A stretch of DNA of 64,000 nt from Microthyrium microscopicum (lineage: Eukaryota). The notes beneath the pieces were generated by a model. That model was not told where the DNA came from and did no database searches. It saw only the letters and a list, made by a program, of their open reading frames with translations. A program made the position numbers and the translations under genes. Below, piece after piece: positions 1 through 12,199 of this stretch. Position 1 is the first letter of the stretch. Every line of letters starts with the position of its first letter. The stretch covers positions 757,122 through 821,121 of the forward strand of contig MU004233.1 in the NCBI GenBank assembly GCA_010405405.1. Direction: 5' to 3'.

Positions 1-21
1 AGCGAAAAGAGTGAGCTTCAT
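1..21 (-). CDS. Possible 5' end of a secreted protein (MKLTLFA...), truncated by the window edge
   Basis: ATG at 21 on minus strand in a good fungal context (TCAACCATG), followed by signal-peptide-like MKLTLFA; only 7 codons visible. Confidence 0.3.
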
Positions 22-1485
22 GGTTGAAAAGAACGACTATCGCAGCGCAACCCTCCGCTGCTGTTGATTAAAAACGACGCACGATACACCGAGAACGAGA
101 GACTGGAGAAGAAGAGAATGAAGGTGAGTATGGTTGATTCTGGAAGAAGGTGTATTAAACTCATCGACTAGTCTCGCTAAAGGCGTAAGCTACCCTACCG
201 TAAGAAGCGAGACTCCATTTCGCCGCACAGGTACATCACAACGCTGATATGGTAAAGTGGACTTCGATAAAGCCAAGGGGTGAAGTCCACCATTTGCCTA
301 TCCATCTCTTGACGCGTCTCCATTGAGCTGGGACTCGGAGTGGCCATCCAGTCTATCCTGAGTTAGCAAGCGAGACCCGCAAGGCGATTAGCGTCCACTC
401 AGATTTTTGACGACAGGACGACGTTTGAAAGGAGTCCAAGACCACGAAAAGGCGTTGGAGTTGGAAGCGGAGGCATCAAAATGCAGCTGTGCAGGAGCGC
501 CACGTGCCGAATCGGGGAAAAACAGCTACACTATGTAAAATGGCTTTATACCAGGTACGGATTAATGATGATTGGTCAAATACTGGTAAGGCTAGCTTCT
601 AGTCTTAAGATCTTGATTGTGGGCCATTTGTGGCACGATTAAATGGAAATATCGTGGGCCAGAACAACGCCACTTTTCATAGACCATTCCAGATCTCGGT
701 GTTCAATGTTGAAAGATAGGTATTTCTCAATTGTAAGTCCACGAGTCTTCGTGTTTAGTTCACAAAACAGTATGAAATGAAGAACTTTTGGGAGGTTTTG
801 GTGAAGGATTTGATTTCCTTCAGAACATCGGATCGCTTTGATTAGGTGTCTAAGTTGGATTTTTTCATTGCCTCATATGAGGCTTTCGCCGTACACACAT
901 ATGGAGGAGCTCGGGAATCGCATCATACAGTTCCCGGCCAGTCTGCCATCCCAAAACTTTACGTTTTCAAGATCCTGTACGCCTTGCAACCCCCGGTTCT
1001 CTGATATTCATGTTATATGTAAATTTGGGCATCCAGCAGGCCTCATCTTCGTCTCTTCCTCCTGCTATTTGACAACTCTCTCTATCCAGCCAAGCCAGCA
1101 AGAGGTAGAAATGAAGTGATCCTGACTACTACACTGAAGGTGAATCGGGAAATCACGCATAGGGTATAGGGTTCACATCAGGCAATATGCTGCAACCGCT
1201 GGGAGCAGAATAGAAGACATGGGTATAATGATGTTGTATATCAAGATAGGGTACTGATATTACCCAACACCTCGGGGTCGTGGTTTTGTGTCCGATGTAT
1301 TACAAGACATATGTTGTAACGCATGAGAGTAGGAGTAGTTGTTTTTAACAATGAAATACGTCTTAGCATTAATGTATTGATTCTCGAATAGCGCAATCAT
1401 TAGCCTCATTCAGGCGCACTAAAAACCCCAATTTTCCAGCATCCTGATCACTCAATACCATTGCATTCCTTGTTCCGTTATTCCC

Positions 1486-2175
1486 TCAGTGCTTCTTTGG
1501 TGGTGGGCCAGCAGGTGCCTCATATCCATTGTATGTATGGTCCGGACGATTCAACTCAATGCCACTCTGCTGATCACCACGATATGATGGTGGCTCATAC
1601 GGAGGCGCTGGCTGCTGGTACGCGTAGTAAGTATTTGGTGGGTTCTCCGTCTGGGGCTGGTGTTGCCCTCCGTGATGATTGCCGGCCCATGGTCCTTGAT
1701 TGGCCCATCCGGTGCCGTAGAAAGGCTGGCGACCGACGCGACGGCGTCGACGGGCGGAAAGACAGGAGCAGAGGCAGAAGAGGAATAGGAAGGCGAGAAT
1801 GATGACGACTAATGCGACCCAGCGGCCCCAGTTGTACCAGGCGGAATCGTAGGTACATGTGTTACATCTTCCAAAAGCATTGCAGCATCTAGAGAAGTGT
1901 TAGTTTGGATGTTGGATTGGGTAGAAAGCGGTATCGCCACTGAGCGGAATGCTAGTGTCCCATGGATTTCGATGCGGCCATTGTTTGTACATATGCCATT
2001 GAATTGGTTGACGATGCGTGAATAACGAGTATTCAAGCATCGCAGACCATGACCAATGCGAATAAGGGCAAGTTGCAGCAAAGCTCCGAAGCTTGGAGAG
2101 CCGACGGGTAATTGCGCAAGAAATAACTTACTGTCCAGTAACTGTATCGCGGGTTCTGAGAAGCTTGATCGTCAT
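1486..2175 (-). CDS. RCR-family (resistance to Congo red / chitin synthesis regulation) single-pass membrane protein
   Basis: Exons 2175-2132 and 1888-1486, intron GTAAGT...CTAAC...TAG. Spliced product includes WYNWGRWVALVVIILAFLFLFCLCSCLSARRRRRVGRQPFYGTGW, PAPPYEPPSY and YEAPAGPPPKKH, typical of the family. Not present in the ORF track. Confidence 0.85.
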
Positions 2176-3537
2176 TTTGATGGATGATATGTATGCGCTG
2201 AACTGATAAGAAGAGGTGTAGATGAACAGCACAGGATTGTGTGTTGTGCAGGAAGAAGGAAGCCGTTGTTGCAAGATGTATGAAAGGAATTGAAGTGGAG
2301 GTATGTCAGTGGCTTGTAAAGCGTCATCAACCAAAAAGTCCAAGAGGCAAGAGCAACTGAGCAGGCTGGGTGCACCTGCCTTGGCAGACTCAGCCACGCT
2401 GTTTGCGCACTGCTCTTTCCCCTTTACAGTTAGGCCTTCCCGCACTTGACTCCATTGGGCTAAGTGTCCTGCGCGGCTTCCATGTGTGCTGGACTCGTCA
2501 AACACCAGAAACCATTTCTGATACAAGTTTGTTTGGTGCTTGCACATGGCTATTGCCTACCGAAATAACTGCTTCGATTACTACAGCATAGCTGTTTCGT
2601 ATTTACTTGTTGAAGATTTAATCCACCAGCATCGCGTACCATGCCACCGCTTGCTTCAGATGCAGTCACTGCAGATAGGATTTGCATGGTACAGCAAAAG
2701 ATACTCTCCCGACCAAGAATACGAGATCAGCATTGCATATCATCTTCAAAAGCTTATTCGCAAGTCTTCAAATCATGCATCAACCAACCCCAATGTCCGG
2801 TCCGATATAATTGTCTACTGCAGATACCTTCAACCACATTCCATACTTCACGAAAGAGCCAACATGTTGAAGCCGTGCGAGGTTGATTATGAGACTGTCA
2901 AAGCTATCTCTACTTTCCCAAGGCAAATTGGCAAGACATCTAGTAATGGTCATCATCGAGGGAAATTAGAACTCTTGCCACTGCCAAATTCAAGTAAAGG
3001 GTTGGCAATGCTGCTTGGCTGGCTTTCATTGCGTACAGTTCTGTGTGCATATTTGGAATCTCTGTTGAAGTATCATGCGCCATACACAGCCGCTCTGGTT
3101 ATATTTCAATAGCTATCCAAATCAAAAGTATAATAATCGACCGTATTATGTCTCTAGCACCTGCCATACATCCCACTACTAATCTTTTCCAGGTCGTGTC
3201 CTGAAGGGAATACTGTCAGGACTCAGCCTTGCATCCGTATTTCGTATATGTTTATACGGGACATTTTCCGCCTCCTACTGACCTTCGCTTATTCAATCGC
3301 CGACTACAATGATACTCTTGAAAAAGGTTCAACTCACTAGCAGTCAAATCTGATTGCCTTAATGTTCTCTCAACGTCAAATTAAGCTTTCCATCAAAAAT
3401 TATTTACATATTGAATAGGATGGTGTAATCTACAATCATGCTCTGTGCAACCAAACATCAACCCATGGTACCCTAAAAAAGAACGAACCCATATCGTGCT
3501 ACTATCACAAGATTTCATCCAACTACCCAGAAATGAC

Positions 3538-5176
3538 CTACATAACCAAATAAGAACCACGATACTTCATATCCCTAACTCCAAACTGCCCATTATCCGC
3601 CGCAGCCTCCAGACTACGTTTCGGATAATCGTCCAAAGAGCGCGCATAAGTCGCAACAGAATGCGCAATAAGCTACACCAAACAATTAGCAAATCGTCCC
3701 ACCAGAAGAAAAACCAGACCTCTCTAGCGTACCTGAGTATTAACCACAAACGCAGTCATATTCAAATTCCCCACATCATCGCAAAGCTGATGATAGCACG
3801 GATCAAACCAGTCACCTGCCTTTCCTCCAAACTTCGCCTCACCCTTCTTACTCTTAATACCCTCTGCGCCCGTCGCGATGCCGCCGCTTGGAATTCCTTG
3901 TACCAGAAAGCCGACATAGTCACTGCGTCCATCAAAGGGAATGAAACTGTAGTTCAGCCCTTGGTCTTTATACCAGTCGACGTAGAGGTCGCGCAGTTCT
4001 TCGGAGCCGGAGGGATTGATGGCGTTGGTCGCGTTGTAGATTTGGTAGGCGTAGTTGGGGGAGGCCATCATGTCGTAGTCCATGAACATGCGGATTTTGG
4101 CATTCTCTTCCTTCGAGAGGGAGGATGCATACCACTCACTGCCTAGTAGTCCTTCCTCTTCGCCGGCCCACCATCCGAAACGCACGCAGTTTGTTACGTT
4201 GTATGCGGTCAGTTGGGTTGCGATTTCGAGCAATGAGATGGTACCTGAGCCATCGTCGTTGATTCCTGGGCCTGCTTCGACGCTGTCGCTGTGGGCGCCG
4301 AGCATTACGCAGTTGTCTGGATCGCCTGCGGTGGTCTGCGCGACGATATTGGTGGTGTGGATTTCTTGAAGTTCGGCATTGACGTAGACAATTGCGTCAA
4401 TGGAGTCACCGTTTTCGAGACGCTTGATGATGGGCGCGGCTTCACCGAGGGCGATACCGACCGTTGCTACATGGTCCGGATCGACAAAGCTCAAGGTGCC
4501 GCGGAATTGCTCGTCATCTGTATTATAGACGACGGCAGCGAGCGCACCTGCCTGGCCTGCGAGACTGGACTTATTGGAGTAAAAGCAAGAGCCGCGACGG
4601 ATGAAAGCTATGGAGCCCTTGGTCTCGGAAGGAAAGTCAGATGCTTCACAGCCGTCGTTGGCGATGAGGGTTAGTTGGCTGAAGACGGGCTGCTTGTTTG
4701 GCGTGGATGGTGAGAGAGCGAATGGGACCATGGACTTTGAGACGTCGTTCTCCAGGACCAGGCGCGCTTCGTTTACACGGCCGAGGACGACAGGAAAGGA
4801 CTGGTTGCTGAGAGTGTAGTAGTCGCCTAGTTTGGCGATAGTTGAGTATATCCATTCGAGCGTCGCCTGATGTCCTACTCATACAATCAGTAACATTCCC
4901 AGAATCCCAGCCACTGCGCGTTGTGTATGAGAACTTACCGGCACTACCAATAACTCTAGTCGGATGATTCCACTCATCTTGACTAGTCTTCGCTATCTCA
5001 TACAACTCCTTTGCACGCGCCAGTAAGTTGTCGCCCTTGATAGTCTTCTGGAAGGATTTGGTATCAATGAGCGGCTTATCTTTGTGCTGGCCATGGACTA
5101 CCGGGCCAGACAGTACTTGCTGATCTAACGCAGATACAAAGCCTAAAGCAGACAACAGGAATAAAATGCGCGCCAT
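3538..5176 (-). CDS. M28 family aminopeptidase (aminopeptidase Y / Lap2-like) with PA domain, secreted or vacuolar
   Basis: Signal peptide; motifs HPTRVIGS, GAHSDSV, GINDDGSG, WAGEEEGLLGS, DYDMMASPN, DPCYH; introns 4875-4938 and 3673-3732; last exon LIAHSVATYARS...YLVM*. Confidence 0.92.
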
Positions 5177-6070
5177 TATTGAACTCTACAGTTTGGTGTA
5201 ATCAACAAGTTGGAACGACTGGACAAGGGAAGAGTGCCCCGGCAGGATTCGGGAGTTTTGTCCCTTTTGGGTGTTTGCCGAGACATTGGGAGGCGAGATC
5301 GTATACAAACGTGAAACAAATCGTCTTCTTGTTTGAAAACGAAAGGAACTCGTGATTACATCATTTTCTATTGAAATCATAAGTTATTTTAATTCTATCA
5401 ATGAAAGAACCTTTCTTCAATAAATCGGACAATATCAAAACTGATGGTTGCCACAGAAACAACAAGGTATACAAAAGGTTATGGTTCGAAAGTAAGCTAT
5501 CACTCTCCTCAACAACTTCTGTTTTGAACGGTTAGGAGGCAGAGTGAGCTCCTGGACAGGCAATGAACATACTTTCTTTTCACACATCAATCCTCCGGAA
5601 TTGATGAGGCGACTGCGATCACCGCTCTTGTTGGAATGGATATCGTGAAGACTGAATCTTATCTTATCTACGACATTATCCGATAAATTGTCGATGGCAA
5701 TGGAATTGTTCACCAATCACTTCGTTCGTCAATCATTGAATTTTGATTGGTCAAATGCTTTTAACCTAGGTTGGGTCGGTACATCAATAATATGATGTGA
5801 AGATAACAACTGCACGACACAAGTAGGAGATGGCAGACATTACAATTCATTGAAGGATGCCACACCTAACTTTATCGACACTTAACATATCCATACGATT
5901 CGTAGAAGGAACAGAGTATAAGATGTTATTTTGATTAGGTTTTGCCAGCTCAGAATCCGAATTTTGTTCTGACTTCTATCATAAAGGTACGAGCTACCAA
6001 CCCATAACCCTGGAAAGAAATACATTCAAACCATCCATAGTTCCAGATGACTAAAAACCCTGGAACCTAT

Positions 6071-7054
6071 CTACTGACCAACAACTGGAGTATAGCGTGG
6101 CCAATACTTTTCCGCCAGATGATACATCTCCAAAAGATTGGCCCAACATATTGGATGCGTGAACCCGTCTTTATAGAACTTTCCCTCTGTACTTGGATCA
6201 TAACCCGGTCCATCTCCGCCAACCCGGTGAAAGAACGTATCATATTCTTTCTGCGCCAGCCTTCTGGCCAGCTCAAGCGCGTGCTTTGCATGTACCATAG
6301 TCTTTACAAGTGGCAGCATTGGAGCCATTTGCGGAATGGTGAATTCGTTGTACGGCGTGGTAAGCTCTTCACAAGATGTCCAGAGGACTGTGTATGCTCT
6401 CTTAAAAAGATCTCGAACTTCGTTGTTTTGTGCCTTGTCTTCTTTGAGCGAAGGCCTAGACAGGATGTCAGGAAGAGGTACTGGGTTTATTGGAACGTTC
6501 CAGCATCGAAGGTCTTTGGTGTTTGTTGGCGGTGGATAGTCGTCCGCATCTAGAATCAATGCCCAGTGGGAGCGACAAGCTGGCGCGATGTCTTTAGCTT
6601 CCTCTTGTTGGCACAGTTCCTTTTCCATTGTTGTCATTTGGTATTCATGTTTCATGTGGAACGGATAAGACGGCTCCACTCCGCGGTGAATAGTAAGCAT
6701 TGTCCTCAAAAGTGAATCCTTGGTCTCTTTTAACTCATCAACAATTTTTGGTATCAACGAGTTTAGGATGGAGGAACTCAGTGTGAGGTTTGCGAGTTGA
6801 TCGCAGGTTGCGCTTAGTTCTTGAAATGTCGCTGTTGCATCTAGGCCATGTTCAGTAAATTGTCTTCTCGTCTCTCAACAGTCTAGGAGCTGTTAACTTT
6901 TTTCAAACGTTCCGACATCTATGAAGTCTTGCGTGAGGGTATCATTGGTGATTTTTGATCCAAGCGAGTTCGTCTTCCTCGCGAACTCCAAGGGTATGAT
7001 AACTGCGCTTGTGAACGTAATGGCAAAGATGCCAAGCAAGTTTCTATGATGCAT
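6071..7054 (-). CDS. Hypothetical protein, possibly secreted; 5' model uncertain
   Basis: Long open frame 6071-6840 preceded by a CTAG acceptor; candidate first exon from ATG 7054 (MHHRNLLGIFAITFTSAVIIP) is signal-like but the splice donor is weak; no recognised domain. Confidence 0.35.
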
Positions 7055-7950
7055 TCTGGAATTGAGTTAAATGGTGTTGTAACATGAGGTGCAGGAGTCT
7101 TTGTCCTTGTGATAGAGAAGGACAGACTGTATGATTTTGGCGCACTAAATAGACTGTACCCAGTGTTGGAGGCCAGGTCTTGTTCTTACAAAGAGTAGTA
7201 ATTGGGTACACTTCGGAGGCATTTTGATGCTGGTTCAATTCGCAGCTTCTTCTAAAACTGACCCGCAATCTGGACTCTATGTCGAGTCGTCGACATTACA
7301 GTTCAATCATTAAGGGTAAAATACTGTAAAGCGATTAACTCTATAAGCCTACCTTTCTCCACTAATACTACAACCGCGATGTTTTGAATTGCGAAATTCA
7401 ATCACCAGCTGAAAGCTCAGCCTGATATCACATGAGAGAAGAAAAGTGGCCACTGCATACAACCTGTGCAACTACAACTTCACTTCGAATGCTTCACTTT
7501 GTTCATCATGTCAACAATGATTATGAATTTGTCCACTTACATGCCAACTCGATGGTCACGGACCTTTCTACTTGATCATATTGATAGTCAACAGCATTAT
7601 CGAATGCTGCTGGGTAACGACAAAGACACAGTGGTATTTCATCCAGGCCTGTAGCATAGTGCGAGTCTGGTATGTAAAGCATTCGGATTTTCCACATAGT
7701 AGATACGCAAATCACTGTTGGAATCAGGGGTAAAGAGGCGTCTAACGCTAACCTAACACGGTTATCGATATAGACTTCCACCATCTTGGACTTTGTGCTA
7801 CGTCAATCGATTTCTCTGCTTATGCAGTCCGTCTGATCTTACGCTTGCAAGAATCACAGCTCAAGCTTGGCCACGGTCTTGGACTCACCAGATATCTTAT
7901 TGCATCAACAAGTCGATTCAGCGCCAACTTGATCACCGTCAACCAGCATT

Positions 7951-9525
7951 ATGTATGCACCCAAGGCTCCTCAAAATCGAATTTCGCTTCCTCCCCTCAC
8001 TCCCGATAGCGACTCTGACCATACTGCCAAAGTTGTCGCTGAAAACACCTTCAACAATACCTCTGATGACAATTCAAACAGAACTTTCCTCAGCATCTCA
8101 GATCTCCTTTCCAATACTACCACCAAGAACACACATAACGACGTTCCCAACCACACCCTTAATGAACAGTCAAACAACATTTCGAACGATATTTTCAATG
8201 GACCGTCAAATGACATCTTAAACAATATAACCGCCGAAGACCATGCATATCTCTGCTACAATTACAACTACGCCGCCTTGGCCTCAACAGCCATGGTTGA
8301 AGATCGCTGGGTTCGCGTCCGCACCTTCGATCGGTCCAGGCTAGGAAACGACCAGCCACCAGCTCAAAGCTCGCGATCCGCTCCTCTCGACGAACTCATG
8401 CGCGTCGGTCCAGAATTTGGTGCCGTACGCGAAACAATCGGCCTGCGAGTTGGCATTACACCATTGGCAGCACACCTAGAGCGACCCTTCTTCTGGGGCA
8501 AGGGTCTGGATGCTGGACAGAGAAGCCGAGCTCATATCAAACGCATGGACGGCTTTGAGAGGGCGGCGTGGAAACAAAAGTGCTTGGCTGAACTTGCGGC
8601 TCTGCCCGCTAGTGAGCAGTCAGTGTCTGTGGTGGCGGGCTGGAACGTGAAGGTAAAGCAGCTTCATTTTCGACTACTGTGTAATCGTGGGAGTGATGGT
8701 GTCTATGATAGCCAGTTGATACCCTCGGAGGAAGTCTTCTTTGCGCCTGAGTTTCGCGATGATCGCATGCAGACGTTCCTCAAGCGCAAGGCGGCATCGC
8801 TGGCACTAGTGAAGAACGCGTTGAACCAGGCCAGGCTGGCTGCAAACACGATCGGAGAGCCAGCAGTTGTTGCCGATGATCAAGATGTGAAAGTAAACAA
8901 CTACTTGCAACAAGGCGGTGGGCCGGATGGAGTTGAAATAGGGAGCGAGGCCATCGATTTCCTGCCGAATTTGCCGTCGCTAAATCCTCAAAAGTCGCCG
9001 CTCTCAGCCATGCAAGATGGTGACCTGGCCGGCGATTCAATGGATAGGTCTATCGAATTCATCAAGGCAATGGTTCCAGGCGCAACGTGCCTAAAAGTTC
9101 CCGCACCTCGATCTTCTTCATTCTTGCGACGGAGTGTTCGCCCTCGAGCACCAAAGATGAGTCGAGATGCAGTGCAGAAGATGCCTTTGAGAATCCGAGC
9201 GTCTAGAGGACGTAGAAAAAACGGCAAAGGTGGCAAGGGAAATAGGGGACGTCCAAGAGGAGGTAGTATAGCAACTGTTCCACTCCTGTTTGAAACAGCC
9301 AATTCTACGTCCAAGATCCAAAGCGATACAATGCTTGTAGATGATGAAGAACGAATCGAAGGAGAAGCGAGCGAAGCAGAAGCTGAAGAACCACAGGTTG
9401 AAGACAGTGAAGACACCGAAAAGGCTGAAGAAGTTCTTATTCACATATCATCCAAGTCCATTGGCAAGATATCAATTACGAATTCTAGCAGCAAGAAGAC
9501 TAATTTCAGAATCACGCTGGATTAG
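7951..9525 (+). CDS. Hypothetical protein, 524 aa, probably nuclear
   Basis: Uninterrupted 1575-bp ORF; N/S/D-rich N-terminus, basic RGRRKNGKGGKGNRGRPRGG (AT-hook/NLS-like) and acidic C-terminal patch; no family recognised. Confidence 0.6.
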   Translation: MYAPKAPQNRISLPPLTPDSDSDHTAKVVAENTFNNTSDDNSNRTFLSISDLLSNTTTKNTHNDVPNHTLNEQSNNISNDIFNGPSNDILNNITAEDHAYLCYNYNYAALASTAMVEDRWVRVRTFDRSRLGNDQPPAQSSRSAPLDELMRVGPEFGAVRETIGLRVGITPLAAHLERPFFWGKGLDAGQRSRAHIKRMDGFERAAWKQKCLAELAALPASEQSVSVVAGWNVKVKQLHFRLLCNRGSDGVYDSQLIPSEEVFFAPEFRDDRMQTFLKRKAASLALVKNALNQARLAANTIGEPAVVADDQDVKVNNYLQQGGGPDGVEIGSEAIDFLPNLPSLNPQKSPLSAMQDGDLAGDSMDRSIEFIKAMVPGATCLKVPAPRSSSFLRRSVRPRAPKMSRDAVQKMPLRIRASRGRRKNGKGGKGNRGRPRGGSIATVPLLFETANSTSKIQSDTMLVDDEERIEGEASEAEAEEPQVEDSEDTEKAEEVLIHISSKSIGKISITNSSSKKTNFRITLD

Positions 9526-9776
9526 TGCGAGTCTGAAGCTGGGACAGAAGCAACTCGATATTCTACTGTGCTGTGTCATTGTTGTAACGAATACACCACA
9601 TTAGGGTCATTCTAGGCATTCGAACAGGTTTCTTTTGCGCCAACCTCAACTTTTATTTTGCTAATGTTTCTCTGAGCTCAAGTATTCACTACATTCCCAT
9701 TACTGTTGCCATTATCATTACCATTATCGTCATGTGCTTCGTCATACTAGTATCAAGTACAAGAATTATTTTTTGC

Positions 9777-11411
9777 TCAACATACACGCTTTCCCATCTC
9801 CGGATTCAGACCAAGAACCCAACGAACGGCATTCCAGGACTCAAATCCATCGCCATACAGAATCGCCTTCTGTACACCATCGGCGCGATGAATTGCCAAC
9901 TCCACCTTCATATCCGCATCATCACACTCCATTCTGGAATCGAACGACCGTGCGAGAGAAGAAATTGTGATTGTTCGTGCCCCGAACTGCTGCAGGTATT
10001 CTGACCAGCTCTTGGCAGGTGCGTTTCTATTCCAGGCACGTGTCGTATGGCTTGGATGCTTCAATAGAATTCCATGCGCAGTAACCTTGCATGGATTGTG
10101 CAGCTCGAGGAATTTTATCAGCGAGTGCGGATCGAAGCAGCGCAAGTACTCCAATTTGACTTCTTTCAGCTTGGGCAAGTCGAGGCTGGACAGAAGTCGT
10201 GACCAGAAGCCATCGTAATACTCTGGTTTTGGGAACGAGCCTGGTTTCCATTGTGCTACTGGTAATGGTGGGCCGGCAAGCTCCAGATCGGTGAGATTTG
10301 TCATTTCGTTGAGAACGAGAAATGTTCGGCGGGCGTCTTCTTCGACTACGGTACCTGGATTGATTTTGAGCCGTAATGACCGGAGTGTCGTCAACGTTGG
10401 CTTGAACGAATCAGTTGGGCAGTAAGGCTTGAGTGCAGGGAAGTCTGATGGATGCGATAGCAAGGAGAAAAGGTCGAGCTGCTCTAAACTCGTAGGCACT
10501 TTGGATAAGACACACCAGATCAGTCGACGCTGCAATGCCGTGTACCAGGAAGGGTTAGAGCCTAGGTCAATGGAATGGACTTCTGTTTCAGAGCAGAAGT
10601 CGGCTTCTTTGACTTGCAGGCGCTTCAGGTTCGGTAGCTTCTGCAGCAAGTTCTCTAAGAGTCGCTTGATATCCTCAGAGTTGTCTTTGTCTCGGCTCTG
10701 TCCAGCGGCGTGGCGCCACATATTCTCTCGATGGGGCTCGTTGTCCCGCTGGCCTCCTACCAGCCAAAGCTGCATATACTGGATATTTGCGCCGATATGG
10801 GGATTATCAACAATTGCTGTCCACTTCTGCAGACTAGACTTTGTCATCATGGGGTTTATGGCAGGGCTGTCTTCATCATATGAAGATGGTGGCTGCAACG
10901 AAGAATGATGAATTCGTGTGATGGATCGCTCCGTTGGGACAAAGCGTTTGAGGAATTGAGCCATTGCTAGCTTGTTCAGCTTGGTGTCGGTCGCTCGCAT
11001 ACTCAAGAGACTTGACTTTGGCAGCAACATCATGACTCGAAGCAACACCTCGTCCGGGAGATCAACGAAACCTAGGGATATGTCGCTTGCCTGCAAAACA
11101 TCTTCAACATCGGAGAACATGGAATCTCGTTTCACCTTGGTGTGGCCATTCGATATCTTCTGTTCATTCAAGATGTCGTCCACTATAAGGCTTGTGTTTG
11201 TAAACTCCACCACGGAAGTCAAGTCATTTTCGTCATCAGGGTGGTTTGGATCCAGTTCGGATCCTATGCAATCAGTCTCCTTGACGGATCTTGGAGACTC
11301 AAGCTTGTGAGGCCAGTAATAGAGCTGGCGATGAATATCCTGCTGTATAGCATGTAGTGCCATCCACATTTCTGTGAAATCCCAAGTGGACTGGGCCTGG
11401 GCCATGGCCAT
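9777..11411 (-). CDS. F-box protein with LRR-like C-terminus (paralog A)
   Basis: F-box FVDLPDEVLLRVMMLLPKSSLLSMRATDTKLNKLA; LPNLKRLQV, LTTLRSLRL and LDLPKLKEVKL repeats; first in-frame ATG at 11411, true start uncertain. Confidence 0.75.
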   Translation of the reverse strand: MAMAQAQSTWDFTEMWMALHAIQQDIHRQLYYWPHKLESPRSVKETDCIGSELDPNHPDDENDLTSVVEFTNTSLIVDDILNEQKISNGHTKVKRDSMFSDVEDVLQASDISLGFVDLPDEVLLRVMMLLPKSSLLSMRATDTKLNKLAMAQFLKRFVPTERSITRIHHSSLQPPSSYDEDSPAINPMMTKSSLQKWTAIVDNPHIGANIQYMQLWLVGGQRDNEPHRENMWRHAAGQSRDKDNSEDIKRLLENLLQKLPNLKRLQVKEADFCSETEVHSIDLGSNPSWYTALQRRLIWCVLSKVPTSLEQLDLFSLLSHPSDFPALKPYCPTDSFKPTLTTLRSLRLKINPGTVVEEDARRTFLVLNEMTNLTDLELAGPPLPVAQWKPGSFPKPEYYDGFWSRLLSSLDLPKLKEVKLEYLRCFDPHSLIKFLELHNPCKVTAHGILLKHPSHTTRAWNRNAPAKSWSEYLQQFGARTITISSLARSFDSRMECDDADMKVELAIHRADGVQKAILYGDGFESWNAVRWVLGLNPEMGKRVC

Positions 11412-12199
11412 TTGGGGAGCAGATCTTAGATCCAGCACGTCCTAATGAATATATGTTAGCCAAGCAGTTCAAGCAACTTCTGGTGGCTCAGTACCTGTAT
11501 CCTTGCGTTGGAGCGCGAATGCTATGGATTCTAGTTTGGGACGCGTGTGGTTTTGGTTGGAGGAGGAGTTTTGGCACCGGGACATCATGTTGGAAGTAAG
11601 GCAGTAATCTGGCTCCTCGCGAAGCTTTTCACTGGAGAAGTTGTTTACGCGTGTCGAATATTTGATTTTGAGGTGACTGTATGTATACGAATGTTTACCT
11701 TCTATATTCTAGGTCGATATAGTCAGTGACAGTAAAACGAGGTGAAGATACTGTGATCAATTAGTAAATCAAGTAAGGGCCATGATCAGAATGCAACCTA
11801 CGCGAATCCTTGAGCGATCTAGATATTATGTACCTAATGTAGTGCGATTCGAGGCTGGAAAACCAAAGAGGATTGCATATAACGAGATGACGATATATCT
11901 GCGCGGTAGAGAAGGCATACCCATGCTAAAGATCATGATGTAGCGCGTCAAGAAACGCGACCTTGCAAGTGTGCCTTGGAAGTGCCTGTTTCATAATAAG
12001 AGGCATTGGCCAACAATATCACGACCAATCATGAATCCACAAATGAGTGACAAGTTCTCAATCCCAGCCCTCACCGACCACCAAGAACGAACTACTTTGG
12101 ACTGGCAATAGGACAACGTGGCAGACGCCGGGGCCATGGAAACCAAATGAACAAATCGTATCTCGTGCATTTCATTAACGGACGTCATTAGATGCTGTA

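Noticed and set aside
2540..3112. 190-aa ORF
   Set aside because: TTG start, no recognisable domain or signal; no independent support for coding
3445..4674. Plus-strand ORFs 3445-4146 and 4291-4674 (likewise 20591-21120, 38851-39362, 50626-51210, 53359-54009, 54626-55288)
   Set aside because: Antisense shadows of well-supported genes, with no motifs of their own
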